This document shows, piece by piece, positions 1 to 12,304 of a stretch of DNA of 64,000 nt (positions are counted from its first letter, which is position 1; each line of letters starts with the position of its first letter). The notes under the pieces were generated by a model, which worked only from the letters and a program-made list of their open reading frames with translations, made no database searches and was not told the origin of the DNA. The position numbers were made by a program, and so were the translations under genes. Source of the DNA: Botryllus schlosseri (lineage: Eukaryota); NCBI GenBank assembly GCA_051294905.1, contig CM119385.1, positions 9,238,001 through 9,302,000 on the forward strand. The letters run 5' to 3'.

Positions 1-416
1 ATATGTGGAACGTGTTTCTTTCTGCATCATGTCGTAATATAAAGTTAAAGGACGACTTTGGAGTTGGCGCACGTCGCAAACGTAGTACCGGAATGCAAGT
101 AAGCAACAACTCGTTAAGAAGAATGAAATGTTAAAGTTAAGAATACCTTTAAAACGAAATTCGATGATTTAGACACCACAATTTAGCGTCATTTGGCAGT
201 ATAATAGCGGCTAGCAAAGAAACAATCGATGTTAAGTAAGTGGTTTCAAGTCTCTTACTTGGAGAAACTTCAACAGAATCACACGAATTCTCATTAAATC
301 GACGAACCCAATATTTACTTATGAGTTGCATACATTAGTCGTAAATGCAATTTGGATTAATTTTGATTTTTGTTGGTTCACTGGTCCGCAAAATTTGTTC
401 CGAAATTTGACAGGTG

Positions 417-1075
417 AATCAATCAATCAGTTTTATTAGTATTTTCATCGTTTCAAAACACCACAAAACTGCGATACAATTAAAAGATAGGAAGGTGTCG
501 AAACAACTTGGAGTAGTCTTTAAAATCATACACCCACCTTGGCCTAGGCGAAGTAAAGCAGAGCCATGCACACTGAGTGAAAAGTAATGCAGAGAATATA
601 AGACGCAAGCGACAAAATAAGAAGGCATGTGGCGGAAGGCGAGGTCGATGTTAGGTCGTTGTCCGGTAATCCTGAAGGCTGGCTAGTATTCATTTAGAAG
701 AAATTGCTTAAATTTCGACTTGAATGCGGACATGCTCGACGACTATCGGATAGCCGGCGAGGTGCTGTTCCACAATTGGGGTCCGGCATACTTGATGGAG
801 CAATGCCTTTTCTAGTATTCCGTCCTGATCATATGGTAGTTGTTCTTCGTTGACGCGCGTGTGCTGTACTTGTGCGCTTTTGACTCCGAGGCGAAGTAGT
901 CGTTGGGGGACATTGACCTCGATGTTCCCAAGGTCCCCAAGCTGAAAGGGATAAGAAACACTATCGTCTGTAGGACAGTCGAACACCCATGGAATGGAAA
1001 CAAGTAGTATAGAAAATAAATATTTTGTAATCTTATCTAAGTGTGTAATCATCAATGCACAATTATTGCGCATAG
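417..1075 (-). mobile_element. 5'-truncated, decayed L2/Crack-type non-LTR retrotransposon 3' end (ORF2 C-terminus, 3' UTR, tail)
   Basis: One minus frame reads LQTIVFL...NDYFASESKAHKYSTRAS...RTEY*KRHCSIKYAGPQLWNSTSPAIR*SSSMSAFKSKFKQFLLNEY* (stops at 812-814, 743-745 and 683-685). This matches the HxYxTR / S-I-x-Y-x-GP-x-LWN / SxSxFKxxLK C-terminal signature of CR1/L2-group ORF2. It is followed by a 3' UTR, AATAAA (432-437, minus) and an (ATTG)3 tail (417-428). The upstream limit is approximate. Confidence 0.75.
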
Positions 1076-2094
1076 TCAATATCTGCTCAGAAATTCATTA
1101 TTCCATGCATAGGATGGGGATACAAGAACAAAAGACACCGTGCGAATAAGCATGCCTTAGCGATATCTTGATACTGCAGTCTCGCCAAAGATTATATTCG
1201 AGCTATATAGGATGCATTTGCGAGCATGAGCAATAAGCCTTGATCAAAGCTATACTCATACTCATTCAAGTGGATAACTGGGAGATTCGTCTCACTAATT
1301 CATAACGAGACATCAGTCCTTGTAGCAAATATTTAGGTGTTTAACATTTTTAGACAATATCGTCACGAAAGGAATGCGCGGCGCATTAAGTTTAATCCAG
1401 AAGAATTTGACGCCTATACCAATATTCTCTAACGGTAATGACAATTGTCATTTTCGATCGATTGTGTCTAAACAACGCTGCGTACGGTCGCTTGTTAGCA
1501 TAAAAGAGTGGCGCATTGTTTGGCAATACGCTTGCGTCGGAATCATAATTATAATCATAATAAAATAGGACGATAGCATAGTTGCTTCGGATATTTGTGT
1601 AATTTTGCTTGCTAAACCATACCCTTTCTAAAGTTGCTGCTTCGTAGAAAGATAGTGTAATGATAAGCATTTGCGTCTATACGCGCATCTCAGCACATAA
1701 ACCACACATGATCATTCCACGCATATTTGCGCCATTGTTCAGCGTGATAACCATGCAAATGAAGCGAAAGATATTCAGCATTTAGTTTAATATCATAATT
1801 CACACAAGATACCGGCAGACCTTTATGACACTATATATGGGAGTTATACTTGGAAACGGCGATTGTTTAGCGAACAGTCATAAACTACCGGCGCATTACG
1901 CTAATTGGGCGCTCGCCGCGAAGCATGTATTTCATTTTTCGACACGGCGCAAAATGCGGTCAACTAATTGTGCTGTCCTCATAAAATGAGCATTACGTAA
2001 CCCAAGACGAGCAAAATATGACCCGTAAAAGTTCACTATGCAACATAATGAACATAACGTGCAACCATTGCCATCTGCAGACTGGTCTTGTAAT

Positions 2095-2493
2095 CAGGGC
2101 TTTGGAGCAGGTTTAAATGTTAAGTTGCTCCTGCTCCGAAGTCCTCTTCTGTCATAAATTAGCTCCGGCTCTAGCTCTGGAGCTCATTGATTTCACTGCT
2201 CCGGCCCCAGTGAGTACCTTAGTGAAATCTATGAAATGCGTCAGTCGGTAATCAGTACCATCGGTTGCACCTACGATCATGTGACTGGTCTGCTGTCAAA
2301 TTCCAAGCAACGTGGTCTGTGAAAAAATGTGGCGCCAAAGAGGCAACAACAGTCAATTTTGTGAAGAGTTGCTGTTAAATCATGTGAATTCAGCCATCAT
2401 CTTATGAAATACATCGGATCCGGAGCTACTTTTCAATCAAATGACTCCGACTCCAGCTCTATTTTAATTTCACATAGAGCATCCAAAGCACTG
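2095..2493. mobile_element. Non-autonomous hAT-type MITE with GCTCC/GACTCC subterminal repeats
   Basis: TIR CAGGGCTTTGGA / TCCAAAGCACTG (11/12). Flanks CTTGTAAT / ATTGTGGT match only 5/8, so the TSD is weak. Confidence 0.55.
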
Positions 2494-3724
2494 ATTGTGG
2501 TACACACCTTGGTGTAGTGGTGTCGACAGAGAAAGAGAATGTATTTATCGTGTCCAAGAATTCAAATAATTCAAAATTTTATAAAACAGAGAAGTATTTG
2601 GTAGCACAGGGTAGAAGGTAGCAAAAAGTCTGATGCAGTCATAAATAGCGTGAAAGTAGGGTTAATATTTTCAAAAATGAATATTTATAATCGGAATTCA
2701 CTATACTCGGATTTCACCATGCCAACCACGAGGACGAATTACTTTCCTGATCCGCCAAGCCATCGATGAGATCTTCCCACTGACTCAAACGCGGAATTAA
2801 CCAGTCTTCTATTTCGCAATAGTCGGACAGCGTGATGTCGATTTCCATACCGGTTGGCAGATCCAGTCTTTATCTTGTAATCTCACATTTTCCGCTTTCC
2901 CAACCAGCCTGAGTCACGGATGAGGTTTGCAAAGTCGATAACGAGCACGATGATATCGTCGCCAACGTCTTGACAATATGTGCATAACGCGACAATGGGC
3001 ACAACCCGAGCAAAATAAACAAGTCATGCAAAAGCTTCAACGATGTGTCTCGAAAATTTCGATATACAAATCGCGACCGAAGGCAAATCGCGGGCATCTC
3101 ATCAATCATAATCTGCGTCCCTGTGCTTACGTTGACAATGACTATACACAAAACATGACCCGTGAGTGAGGGCCGTGACTTTTATAAAGCAAAGCGTACA
3201 ATTGAAACCAAATGCTGTGAGGCCGGCACGTGGAACTCATTTTGGGTATCCATGCCCGTTCAAAACCTTTTGAGTGCACACGCACAGGACCAGTATTATA
3301 TGATGCCTTAACGTTACTGTTTGCGATTACGTATACAATCTGTTAATCTTGATTTCAATTTGCATTTTAGCATTCATTAGTAATCGATCCTTTTCAGAAA
3401 TAGCCGGTTCCCACTGCTATGTAAAGCGTCTGCGAACCACCAATTGTTGGTTATTTACGTTGTCGCAATATTAATTGCAAATCTTACTTACCTACGTATA
3501 TTCTTGCGCTCAATTGGTTCTGTTGCTGTTACAGTACTGCGTATCAGCTATCTTGGGCACTGAACCCATTTTTCGCGGTTGGTTGCGGCAATATCCTGAT
3601 GACAATACTAAATTTGAATAATTTTTATATGCTACGATAAATATCTCCCAAACGATATATGTGTGGTGTTATAAAGGGAGCATTACGAATACCGTATCAG
3701 TTTAGTTTAGCTTTACCTGGTACC

Positions 3725-3850
3725 AATTTTAGTATTAATGTTGTTTCGACTACACTGGTCATGGTCAGTGGTCAATTTTACACCCGGCCACTTTTCGTCA
3801 TTACGATTCGAGCTTCCGACGTTTTAGCGTGGCCTACTTTCGTTTTATAT
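3725..3850 (-). mobile_element. Diverged remnant of the SINE 3' half
   Basis: The reverse complement resembles the AAAATTGGCCTGGTG...GTCGATAAACACCATGAATAC tail seen at 33965-34030 and 57005-57065. Boundaries approximate. Confidence 0.4.
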
Positions 3851-6700
3851 GCTACGTGATCGTTTAGGCCTACAACAGACCTTGCGGAACAAAAGGCATT
3901 TTCTGGTCACAATGACGAAGTATTGCTGATATGGATACGACTGTGCTATCCTCCACGTAGAAATAAAAAATTTGGATACAAAGGTATCAATTCATTCTTT
4001 CTCAGAGCCAGAGACAATTTTTCGCCCGACGACAGCACCGAAAGATCAAGATCTTGCGGAACGATTGTAATGTGGCGCAATGTTCCACGTTTTCTGTCAT
4101 TTAGCGGCTACACAGATTATTTGGTCAGAAGTACTTTTATGAAAAAGTCGTACTAACTGATAAAAATGTGCTGGATACTAGTATTTTTTCATTTACCCAA
4201 ACATGTAACACGAGACGGATGAAATCGTTTGTTTGTGTGTTTTACATGTTTGCTGCAAGGTCTTTGCACGATGCATAATAATCGATAAATCGTGTGTAGG
4301 GTTTCCCCGATAACCACCTAACAATCAAACATATTCAAGGACTTTGAGTGAAAACATAATTAAGTGTGACACGGCTGACATGTAGTATTCATATGCGCAA
4401 CTATAAATAGAATATATGCCACTTGATAAATGTAGCGCCTCTTGACTTGTCGCCCCTTTGTCACAGATGATTCGGCCGTCAAATATCGTATATACCTCTC
4501 AAGTATATCCAACACCTGTGCCTGACTTTGCAAGGCGTACAAGATTTGAAATTAGGCCTGAACTACACACCTGAGAACTGCTCGCAGTGTTCCGGTAAAA
4601 TTTTCAAAACGCCATATAACCTGGTTGAAGATCTGCAAGATCAGTATCAACACTTACAATTGGATATTTCTGATTACAACGCATGTTTGGAATGAACGGT
4701 GCCGACGTAATTAAGTGAAACATAACTCGATAAATATGATATCTTTCAGATTTTTGTACCTGATAAGCGTCAACGTAAATAGTATACATAATTTGGAAGG
4801 CTGCAGACCACGTAGCAACAATTACAAAACTGCTTTGCTCACTTGTTAGAGTCATGTGGTGAGACCGAGTCGAACTTTGGGATTGTCACGAAGGCAATGT
4901 TCGGTGATTTGTTGCAAGAATACCTGTTTGCATTACCATAAATATATAATTAATTGACTTTTTTCTAATAGAGACCTTAGTGGTACATTATTAATCATGA
5001 TTTGCAGAATTTAAGTATAGGCCTACTATAGGTCGAATTGAGCGTTACATCTCGATCGCCTAACTTTGTGAATTGCGTCGTACACGCATTGCATTGCAAT
5101 CAAAATATTTTAAAGTACGTTTTCACAAATACCATTTGTGGGAGAATCTATTTGTAAATACGTTAATCGTATAGACTTTGCGCATCGTTTTTGCCCATGC
5201 TGGATATTTAAAAATAAGTAGGGCTTACATTAAATACACAAAAACGAATACACACAAAGTTATGTGGTTAATCAGATTCTAGCTTTATTCCAGGACGAAA
5301 TCACGATTTTATATTTTGAAATGGTGTTCTGCAGGTTGGAACGACTGATTTATCGTTAATTTATTTCGACAATGAAAACCGCCAACGTCTGCTCCTATCA
5401 GTGCAAAAATACAACCGCATGGGGATGCTGGAGACATGAAATGTGAATGGAAGATCTGGACAGATCAATCAAGGCAAAAAGATTTCAGCGTTGTCAGAAG
5501 ATCGTGTCTCCCATGACGCTCACAACGGCGCAAAACAAAGATCTACATCATTTATCGACCGCTCAACACACTTGGCTGTGGCGAAGACTCGTAAACAGTA
5601 TATCACTTTGACACAGCAGTACAGAAGTTTCGAGTCGCGGTGATCAAAGTCGCAAGTGATGCAAGGGATGCTACTTTTAAGTAATGCTCTACATTTACAA
5701 TTTTATTGATGTACCAGGGGAAGTAGTGCTTCCGAAGTCATTCAGAAATTACTTTTTTCGCATGAAATCAATCAAGCAGCTTAATGCAACGTGGGACGGT
5801 TCGTTGCGTACCAGATATATTTAGTGTCAAAAATGAATAATGACTTAGATCAGGGGTGTCAAACTCAATTCGGGTCGCGGGCCGGATTCAGACCTTCAAA
5901 CGTCTCGCGGGCCGGATCAGTAAAATGTGTTTCAACACACATAAAAATGAAGTTACTGGTGTATTGCATACACATGCAGTTTACTGTGTAAACATGTTCA
6001 CGTTACGGGGATACGCTACCCCTCGAACGGCAAGACTTTCAAAAATTATTTGTTTTTGATATTTGTTCTGTTTGATGTCATATTCCCTGCACCTAAACCT
6101 TCTGATGATCGGACAAGTGTGTTCTGGTGACGGACAGACAAACCGACGGACCTGTGGGGCTCATGCACTTTCGGACCAAAGTCACTACAGCCATACGGAG
6201 AAAATAACTTTAAAAACCGAAAGTACGCGAGCCCCGTCCTATAGTCAGGGTTCGTCAAATCAAATTTTACCATGACGCCGTTTGGATGTGGGATTATCGC
6301 CCAAGCTGATCTATTCGATGCGCACTGGGTATCGTAGTATAAATGAAAGTGGTTGAAGAACTGTCACCCACGTTATGGTATTTACCATGCCACTTGGCTC
6401 CAAATTGCAGGAATATGCCTTAATCAATTTTAAAGTTATGGGTATATGACTGGTTTTTCACATCGAATGGTAGATTAGCCCTTTAAATCAATGACACAAT
6501 CATGTCCACACAAAATGAAGTGGGGTCTATTGAAACAATATTTTTGGAAAATGTACATATATTGACAATTGTACGCAGAACAAAAATCGACCGAAAATGA
6601 AATTGAACGAAAGGTAAGGGAGTGTGACCAACCAGATTTGTAGGTCGAACTAACGGAAGGAATTATATATCCTCTTTAAGTACACACGGTTTGTCTTCTC

Positions 6701-7836
6701 TCACTGCGCTCCCGTATTGCTGCTTAATCTTGAAACTTGACATCTCTTTTCCTTAACGATCGCCTCAATATTTGGATGCAAATCCCGACTAGCAGCACAC
6801 TTAACGATGTCGTTAAGATGTTTATTGGTTAGCCGTGAGCGTTGAACTGTTTTATTATTGTTCATTACAGAGAACACTTGTTCGCAAAGATATGTAGTTC
6901 CAAACATGGATAAAACCGTGGCGGCCATGGCTGTTAAAATGGGGTACTGCGGTGTAAGATACTGATAAAACTTGTTCAAGTCCACTGACGCAAATTTATC
7001 CTTCATTGTGGTATCACACTGCAGGTCAATTAGCTCGAGTTGAATTTCAGCAGCCATTTCAGATGGCTCGACTGTAAATGGCGATCGGAACACGGCAAAT
7101 GTATTCTTGAGCTCGTGGAAGACCTGAAACCTCCGTTCAAACTCTTGCAGTAAATCTGCTATGTTTGCCTTGTAGTTTTCCGCGCCTGTACAGTATGGTG
7201 CATTTGATCTCACAGCCGTTAGACATGGGAAATGTTCCAGGTCACCTCGGGAAAGTGACACAGTGACAGTTTCATTTTGAACGCGCGTATGTCGTCTTCA
7301 TACTGGGTCACAACCTTATCGCGCCCCTGCAATTTAGTGTTAAGCGTGTTCAAGTGTTGCGTAATGTCAATCATAAAAGCAAGATCATGAATCCATTCTT
7401 TGGATTGAAGTTCGTGATATTGGCAAATGCTTGCCGCTTTTCAGGACACACTACCTCCGCAGCCTTCAACATGCACGTTTTTACCACCTCTCCATCAGAA
7501 TATGGCTTGGATGCCCGAACCAACTCATAAGAAATAAGGTAGCTTGCCATCACAGATCCTCAGCTATATCCCGGCGGCGGGTAAAAGTGGATTGCTGGAT
7601 CTTTTTATTTCGTTTTTTTTTATTTCGTCACTTCGTGACTGTCCTTCGAAATCTCCGTATATCTTTTTATGGTGAGGCTCGTAGTGGCGTCGAATATTAT
7701 ATTCTTTGAGGACAGAAACTTGCTGATTACAAACCAAGCATACTGGCTTCGCGTCCACCTCTATGAATAAAAAACTCTCGGTCCATTTTTGTTTGAATAT
7801 TCGGCACTCGGTATCCACTCTTCTCATTTTTCCCAT
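6701..7836 (-). pseudogene. Disrupted hAT transposase (BED finger N-terminus and C-terminal dimerisation region kept; catalytic core deleted)
   Basis: 7564-7836 has ECRIFKQKW...PVCLVC...KEYNIRRHY (BED zinc finger). 7371-7553 has KPYSDGEVVKTCML...CPEK. This joins near 7415 to EWIHDLAFMIDITQHLNTLNTKLQG. 6701-7261 has LELIDLQCD...SMFGTTYLCEQVFS...RSRL (hATC region). At least four frame changes, including a small duplication near 7603-7627. Confidence 0.93.
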
Positions 7837-8081
7837 TTTCGGAATGTGGATTTTCTTGCCACGAATATCATGATATAATAATAACTGGGTCGGTTAGCAA
7901 TATGACTGTCTTTATGTCGTTACAATCTTCAGTGCCCCACGCTGAGATAAGAGCTCGCAAACTAACAAAGTGTAATTACATTCGGTCGTCACTTGTGACT
8001 ATTACCAGCGAGATGCGATGTCAATAACAAGCGTATCATATTGCCTCCGGCAGATGCCAGTCACTCGAATTTGCGTACAAC

Positions 8082-8111
8082 TATAGAGATTGTACAACTA
8101 CAATCTCTGTA
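8082..8111. repeat. 30-bp mini-palindrome flanked by GTACAAC direct repeats
   Basis: TATAGAGATTGTA-CAAC-TACAATCTCTGTA (arms 12/13). GTACAAC occurs at 8075-8081, 8092-8098 and 8112-8118. Confidence 0.75.
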
Positions 8112-8118
8112 GTACAAC

Positions 8119-8707
8119 CATAGAAATTAAACATGGAACGGCAACGACCGATTTCGCAGCTTCGTTCCGCTTCGCAGAGGCTGGAGAGGAGAATGGTTTT
8201 GCGTAAGCGATTAAGGATTTCTCGCAATCCAAAAGCTATCTTCCCGAGCGCAGAAATTATTGAATCTGGTCTTGATCGAAAGCTACTGTTGCACCGATTC
8301 CGAAAATATAAATTTAAATAATGAACAGGCACTGATCTACCTAGAATCTGTCCTCCAAGTCTGAAATATCGGCATTGTTCAGAACAATCGGGTAACCGCA
8401 ACACAATGACCATAACAATGACCCGTTGGGACTCTCCGATTGTTCGAACAATGCCGATATTTCGACTTGAAGGACGGATTCTAGGTGGATCAGTGCCTGA
8501 TCATTATTTTAATTTATATTTTCGGAATCGGTGCAACACTGGCTTTCCATCAAGACCATATTCAATAATTTCTGTGCTCGGGAAGATAGCTTTTGGATTG
8601 CCAGAAATCCTACAGTCGCTTACGCAAAACCACTCTCCACTCCAGTCTCGGCGAAGCGGAACGAAGCTGCAAAATCGGTCGTTGCCGTTCCATGTTTAAT
8701 TTCTATA
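8119..8707. mobile_element. Foldback (long inverted repeat) non-autonomous DNA element nested in the hAT 5' region
   Basis: Arms of about 270 bp (8119-~8391 and ~8436-8707) are reverse complements with scattered mismatches, around a ~45-bp spacer. Termini CATAGAAATT / AATTTCTATA. Direct repeat GTACAAC at 8112-8118 and 8708-8714; the TSD register of 7, 8 or 9 bp is ambiguous. Confidence 0.85.
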
Positions 8708-8965
8708 GTACAACTGTGTACTGTTCATTCCTGCTGATTAGCAGCATTTATACGTAACAATTGAGAGCAACGCGCTACAACGCGTTTGACTGATTGCTTT
8801 CGTAATGTTATATGATAAATACAAAGCACTGCTAAAACTGAGCAATCTGAGCATGCGTCTTTTTCAATTATCCAGAAATGGTCTCGCGGGCCGGATGCGG
8901 CCCGCGGGCCGTATGTTTGACACCCCTGACTTAGATAATTCGAATATAACCCGTTATCGTGGGCT

Positions 8966-9414
8966 TAGGGTTGAGTTTAAAACAAAAATCAATTTAAAAG
9001 AAACATGTTTAAAACAAGGCCCTGTTTAAAGCATGTTTTTTTTCAAATTTATTTTTTTCAAGCCATGACTCCACGAATATTCAATTGTGACATCATAGTG
9101 GATTGACATTGACAATTGAAAATATAGGGTAAATACAGCTCCCTTGACGAAATATCTACGCAAAATAGCTGTTGAACCGACTAATTTGAGGATTCCAACC
9201 ATCTCATATCGTATATATTGGCTTTACCGGGTTTTAATCGTCCGTAGGCTCATACAACATGTTTTTTGGAAGTATTTACACAATTATGGCATAATTATAC
9301 AACTTTTAAAAAAAACAATTTTTTTTTTCAAAAAGGCCTTTGTTTAAAACGCTGTTTAAAACATGTTTCAAACAAAGAGTTTTTAAACAACCACTTGTTT
9401 TAAATGCAACCCTA
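8966..9414 (+). mobile_element. MITE, TAGGGTTG family, copy 1
   Basis: TIR TAGGGTTGAGTTTAAAACAA / TTGTTTTAAATGCAACCCTA. Flanks CGTGGGCT / GGTAGGCT (6/8). Homologous to 25441, 28210 and 39080. Strand is relative to the family. Confidence 0.8.
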
Positions 9415-10607
9415 GGTAGGCTACTGCACTTCTCGCTGTGCTTGTGACTATTCCCACACCAAAAATGACGCGAATCTACAATCTACATACATAACTACTT
9501 TTTAAGTGATGCAAAATTTGATAAGGATAACTTCGCTTTCGAGAACAGGTTGAGTAGACCTCTATAGTATAGCTATTCATTAAAAAATCTGGAGACGTAA
9601 GCGTGGTGCAGAGTAATGTAGAAAAACTTTGCTGTTCACTAACATTAGTTAATATTTATTGTAAATATCGAGTAACTTTGAACATATAACATACGGGCCT
9701 GCATTCTTCCAGCATAAATAAACGTGTGTATGGGGAGCTCAATGCCTCGCGACCGATGGGGCATGATCTGCCGCATATCTCACTATGCCATAAACACACG
9801 AAACGCCGTTAATCCTACTCCGGCATTCACAGCAAAATTTTGGAAACATTCTCCTTTGATATATGCTCTGGGCCGAGCTATATATATCTTTCTATATAAT
9901 TTGAAGAATATGATTTTACCATCTTCAGCTATTATCACTTTACACATGTTTGTATTTGTACACGATGCGATTCACGTTTCATATATTTTATGTGACTCCA
10001 TCACGACATGATGCTATCGCGAAATTATGTGTTCGTATCTATAGATGCCCTGTATAATGAGCGTTTGCAAGTACATCGATATGCAGTTCTAGGAATATAC
10101 GCTTTCAATGTAGGCCTGCTGTTATCAGTGTGTTCCACAGCTACTATTTAAATCAATTCAGTGTCAATTTGAGAGCAGAGCCTTGAGGAATTGTTTTGAC
10201 TAGTCTATCACGATTGCGATTTACTGGAAGCATATCACATTAAATTCGTGAATTTGACTTTTCGTCGAAAACCCATTGTGTGCAAAGCTGGTGCGTCCAC
10301 CTGAAATTTACATTTACTAAAGCACAATAATTCCACTTAAAATGCACTTTCGCATATCTGTTTATTTTTTATTATAATTGATTTTACAGCTCTTGGTCTT
10401 GTAGACTTCGTGAACTTGGTGCAGCCTGAGTCACAGAAAGGCCGTAAAGTGTAGAGAAGATACAGTATACAAGAATTTACCAACGGCCCTGGAATCTAAG
10501 CCGTCCAAGCATTTTCCGTATCCCCATTCTTAAAACGTTAAAACGTTATTCAGAAATGCGCAGAAAGTCTGCAAGCTATATCGGCTTGATGTTTGGTTCG
10601 TTTTCTA

Positions 10608-10800
10608 AATATTTTCACCAGTTCAAAACACTACGAGATTACGATAAAAATGAAAATATAGACAGGTGTCGAAACGACTTGCAGTAGTCTTTCAATCAGA
10701 CAACCGCCTTGGCATTTGCACTTACACTGCATACTGAAGGAAAAGTAACATAAGATATCATAAACAGTAAAAGTGATGAAAATGAAGTGGCACGTGACGG
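10608..10800 (-). repeat. Second, diverged copy of the L2-type LINE 3' UTR
   Basis: AGGTGTCGAAACGACTTGCAGTAGTCTTTCAATCAGACAACCGCCTTGGC aligns by eye with 493-543, and the flanks align with 440-635. Confidence 0.55.
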
Positions 10801-12172
10801 TCTATCAAAAAGTATGTCACGCATTAAGATGTGCATATATCTGTATATAAACGTGGCATCATGGTCGATTATCGTGACAAATGTATGGAGGCATTAACAA
10901 AGGGCCATGAACTATAGCTTTCAAACGTGCGAGAAAAATTCGGTCACGATACGACATCATTTTCAGCAACGCACGAAATTTCTATCGCAGATTTTCGATG
11001 AGAAAATAGAAACGGACCTATCGCGAGAGCTGTGCGGCGAGAAGAGTGACGACAGTATACCAGATGAGGGTTGCTAAAACACATTTATCAATAAACATAC
11101 AGCAAAGCAAAGGCGTGACTAAGAGCTCCACACTTCTGCAGTTGTGACTGGTAGCTTACACCACTGCAATTCAAACGGGTTGCAGGTTGCAGTCTGACTC
11201 CAGAATCTCTACCTATAAGTATTCGAGGTTTAGGCTCGTCATCACCATAAGATCCGCGCAAGCGCTGTTTTACAAACGCCTGGGACAAAAGTGCGCCGTG
11301 CTATAAGTCGATAGCTCAGGCATGACAATAGGATTATCGACCTGGTGTGAAAGGATCATAGCTGTTGAAACCCCATGTCTTAACAACAACTGCACACCTC
11401 ATATGCCTGTGAGTAAGTCCCATTTTGGTGCCTTCATTAAAACTTTGAAGCATTACCGTAAGCCGCAATGGATAGAAAGCTAGTACACCAACACACACGT
11501 ATGCCTGCCTACAATCATTCACGCACGTATTCGTGTGCGGCAGATAAGGAAGGCAAGGGTTTGGACAGTTCAGCAACGTCCCATGCACCTTGTGTCGTTA
11601 GGAATACAAATTGCATTTATAGAGTGGACAGAATTGATTATTTTCAAAATCAATGACGTTACGTTTTCTAACGCGTTACAATAAACGTAACCGAAGATCG
11701 AAAAGGACATGATAACAGGAGTTGATTCTACTGTTTGCGCGTGTACATTTGACGCATGACTTTCCCGTCGTTCGTAACGCCTTATTTTGTTGGACAATCT
11801 GAACCCATACACAGCAGGCGATGATGCAAAGCAGCCACGATCCAATCCTGATTTGACATATAATCGCGTTGAACATGTTCTTAAAGATGATTGTTTGGGG
11901 GGATTAAAGCTGTTTATTCAGCATGCTATGTCGAACTCGAATCATCGTAAAAATCACGTCATTCGAATCTTACAGTATACAGTATATTAAAATATGAGAT
12001 TATTCGCGATAACAGTTACCGCGAAAGCACGAGTAAAGGATCATCCTTCAGCCCTTTGTTTATTTACCTATAACGAACGTTATGTGAAAGACACCGAGGA
12101 CCATTTTAGTAAAGTTAAGTTCTAATTGATGTCATCTCATCATAACTCATTAGCATTTTGCGACAATACGAG

Positions 12173-12175
<3 letters not shown>

Positions 12176-12207
<32 letters not shown>
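12176..12207. repeat. (CT)n microsatellite, about 16 units
   Basis: Uninterrupted TC run. Confidence 0.95.
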
Positions 12208-12210
<3 letters not shown>

Positions 12211-12304
12211 GATCACAACCATGTTTTCAAGTTCACATGTGTTAATTCCTCCGAGATCCAGCCATGTAAAAAGGTTAGCAGATGGCAAGGTAAGGGGCAA
12301 ACAA

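Larger units (their letters stand above)
5851..8928 (-). mobile_element. hAT DNA transposon, Buster/Charlie clade (SPIN/GTF2IRD2-like), internally deleted
   Basis: Perfect 14-bp TIR CAGGGGTGTCAAAC (5851-5864 / 8915-8928). Perfect 8-bp TSD ACTTAGAT (5843-5850 / 8929-8936). GCGGGCCGGAT subterminal motifs at both ends. Transposase remnants on the minus strand. Confidence 0.95.

Noticed and set aside
708-1079. 123-aa ORF, or a terminal exon at 812-941, as a host gene
   Set aside because: The read-through frame carries LINE ORF2 C-terminal motifs and is followed by a LINE-type tail.
2700-3170. Protein-like frames (RLDLPTGMEIDITL..., LCTYCQDVGDD...)
   Set aside because: Short, on inconsistent frames, with no motif or credible splice pair.
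8081-8699. Two similar ORFs on opposite strands as a paralogous gene pair
   Set aside because: Artefact of the foldback palindrome.
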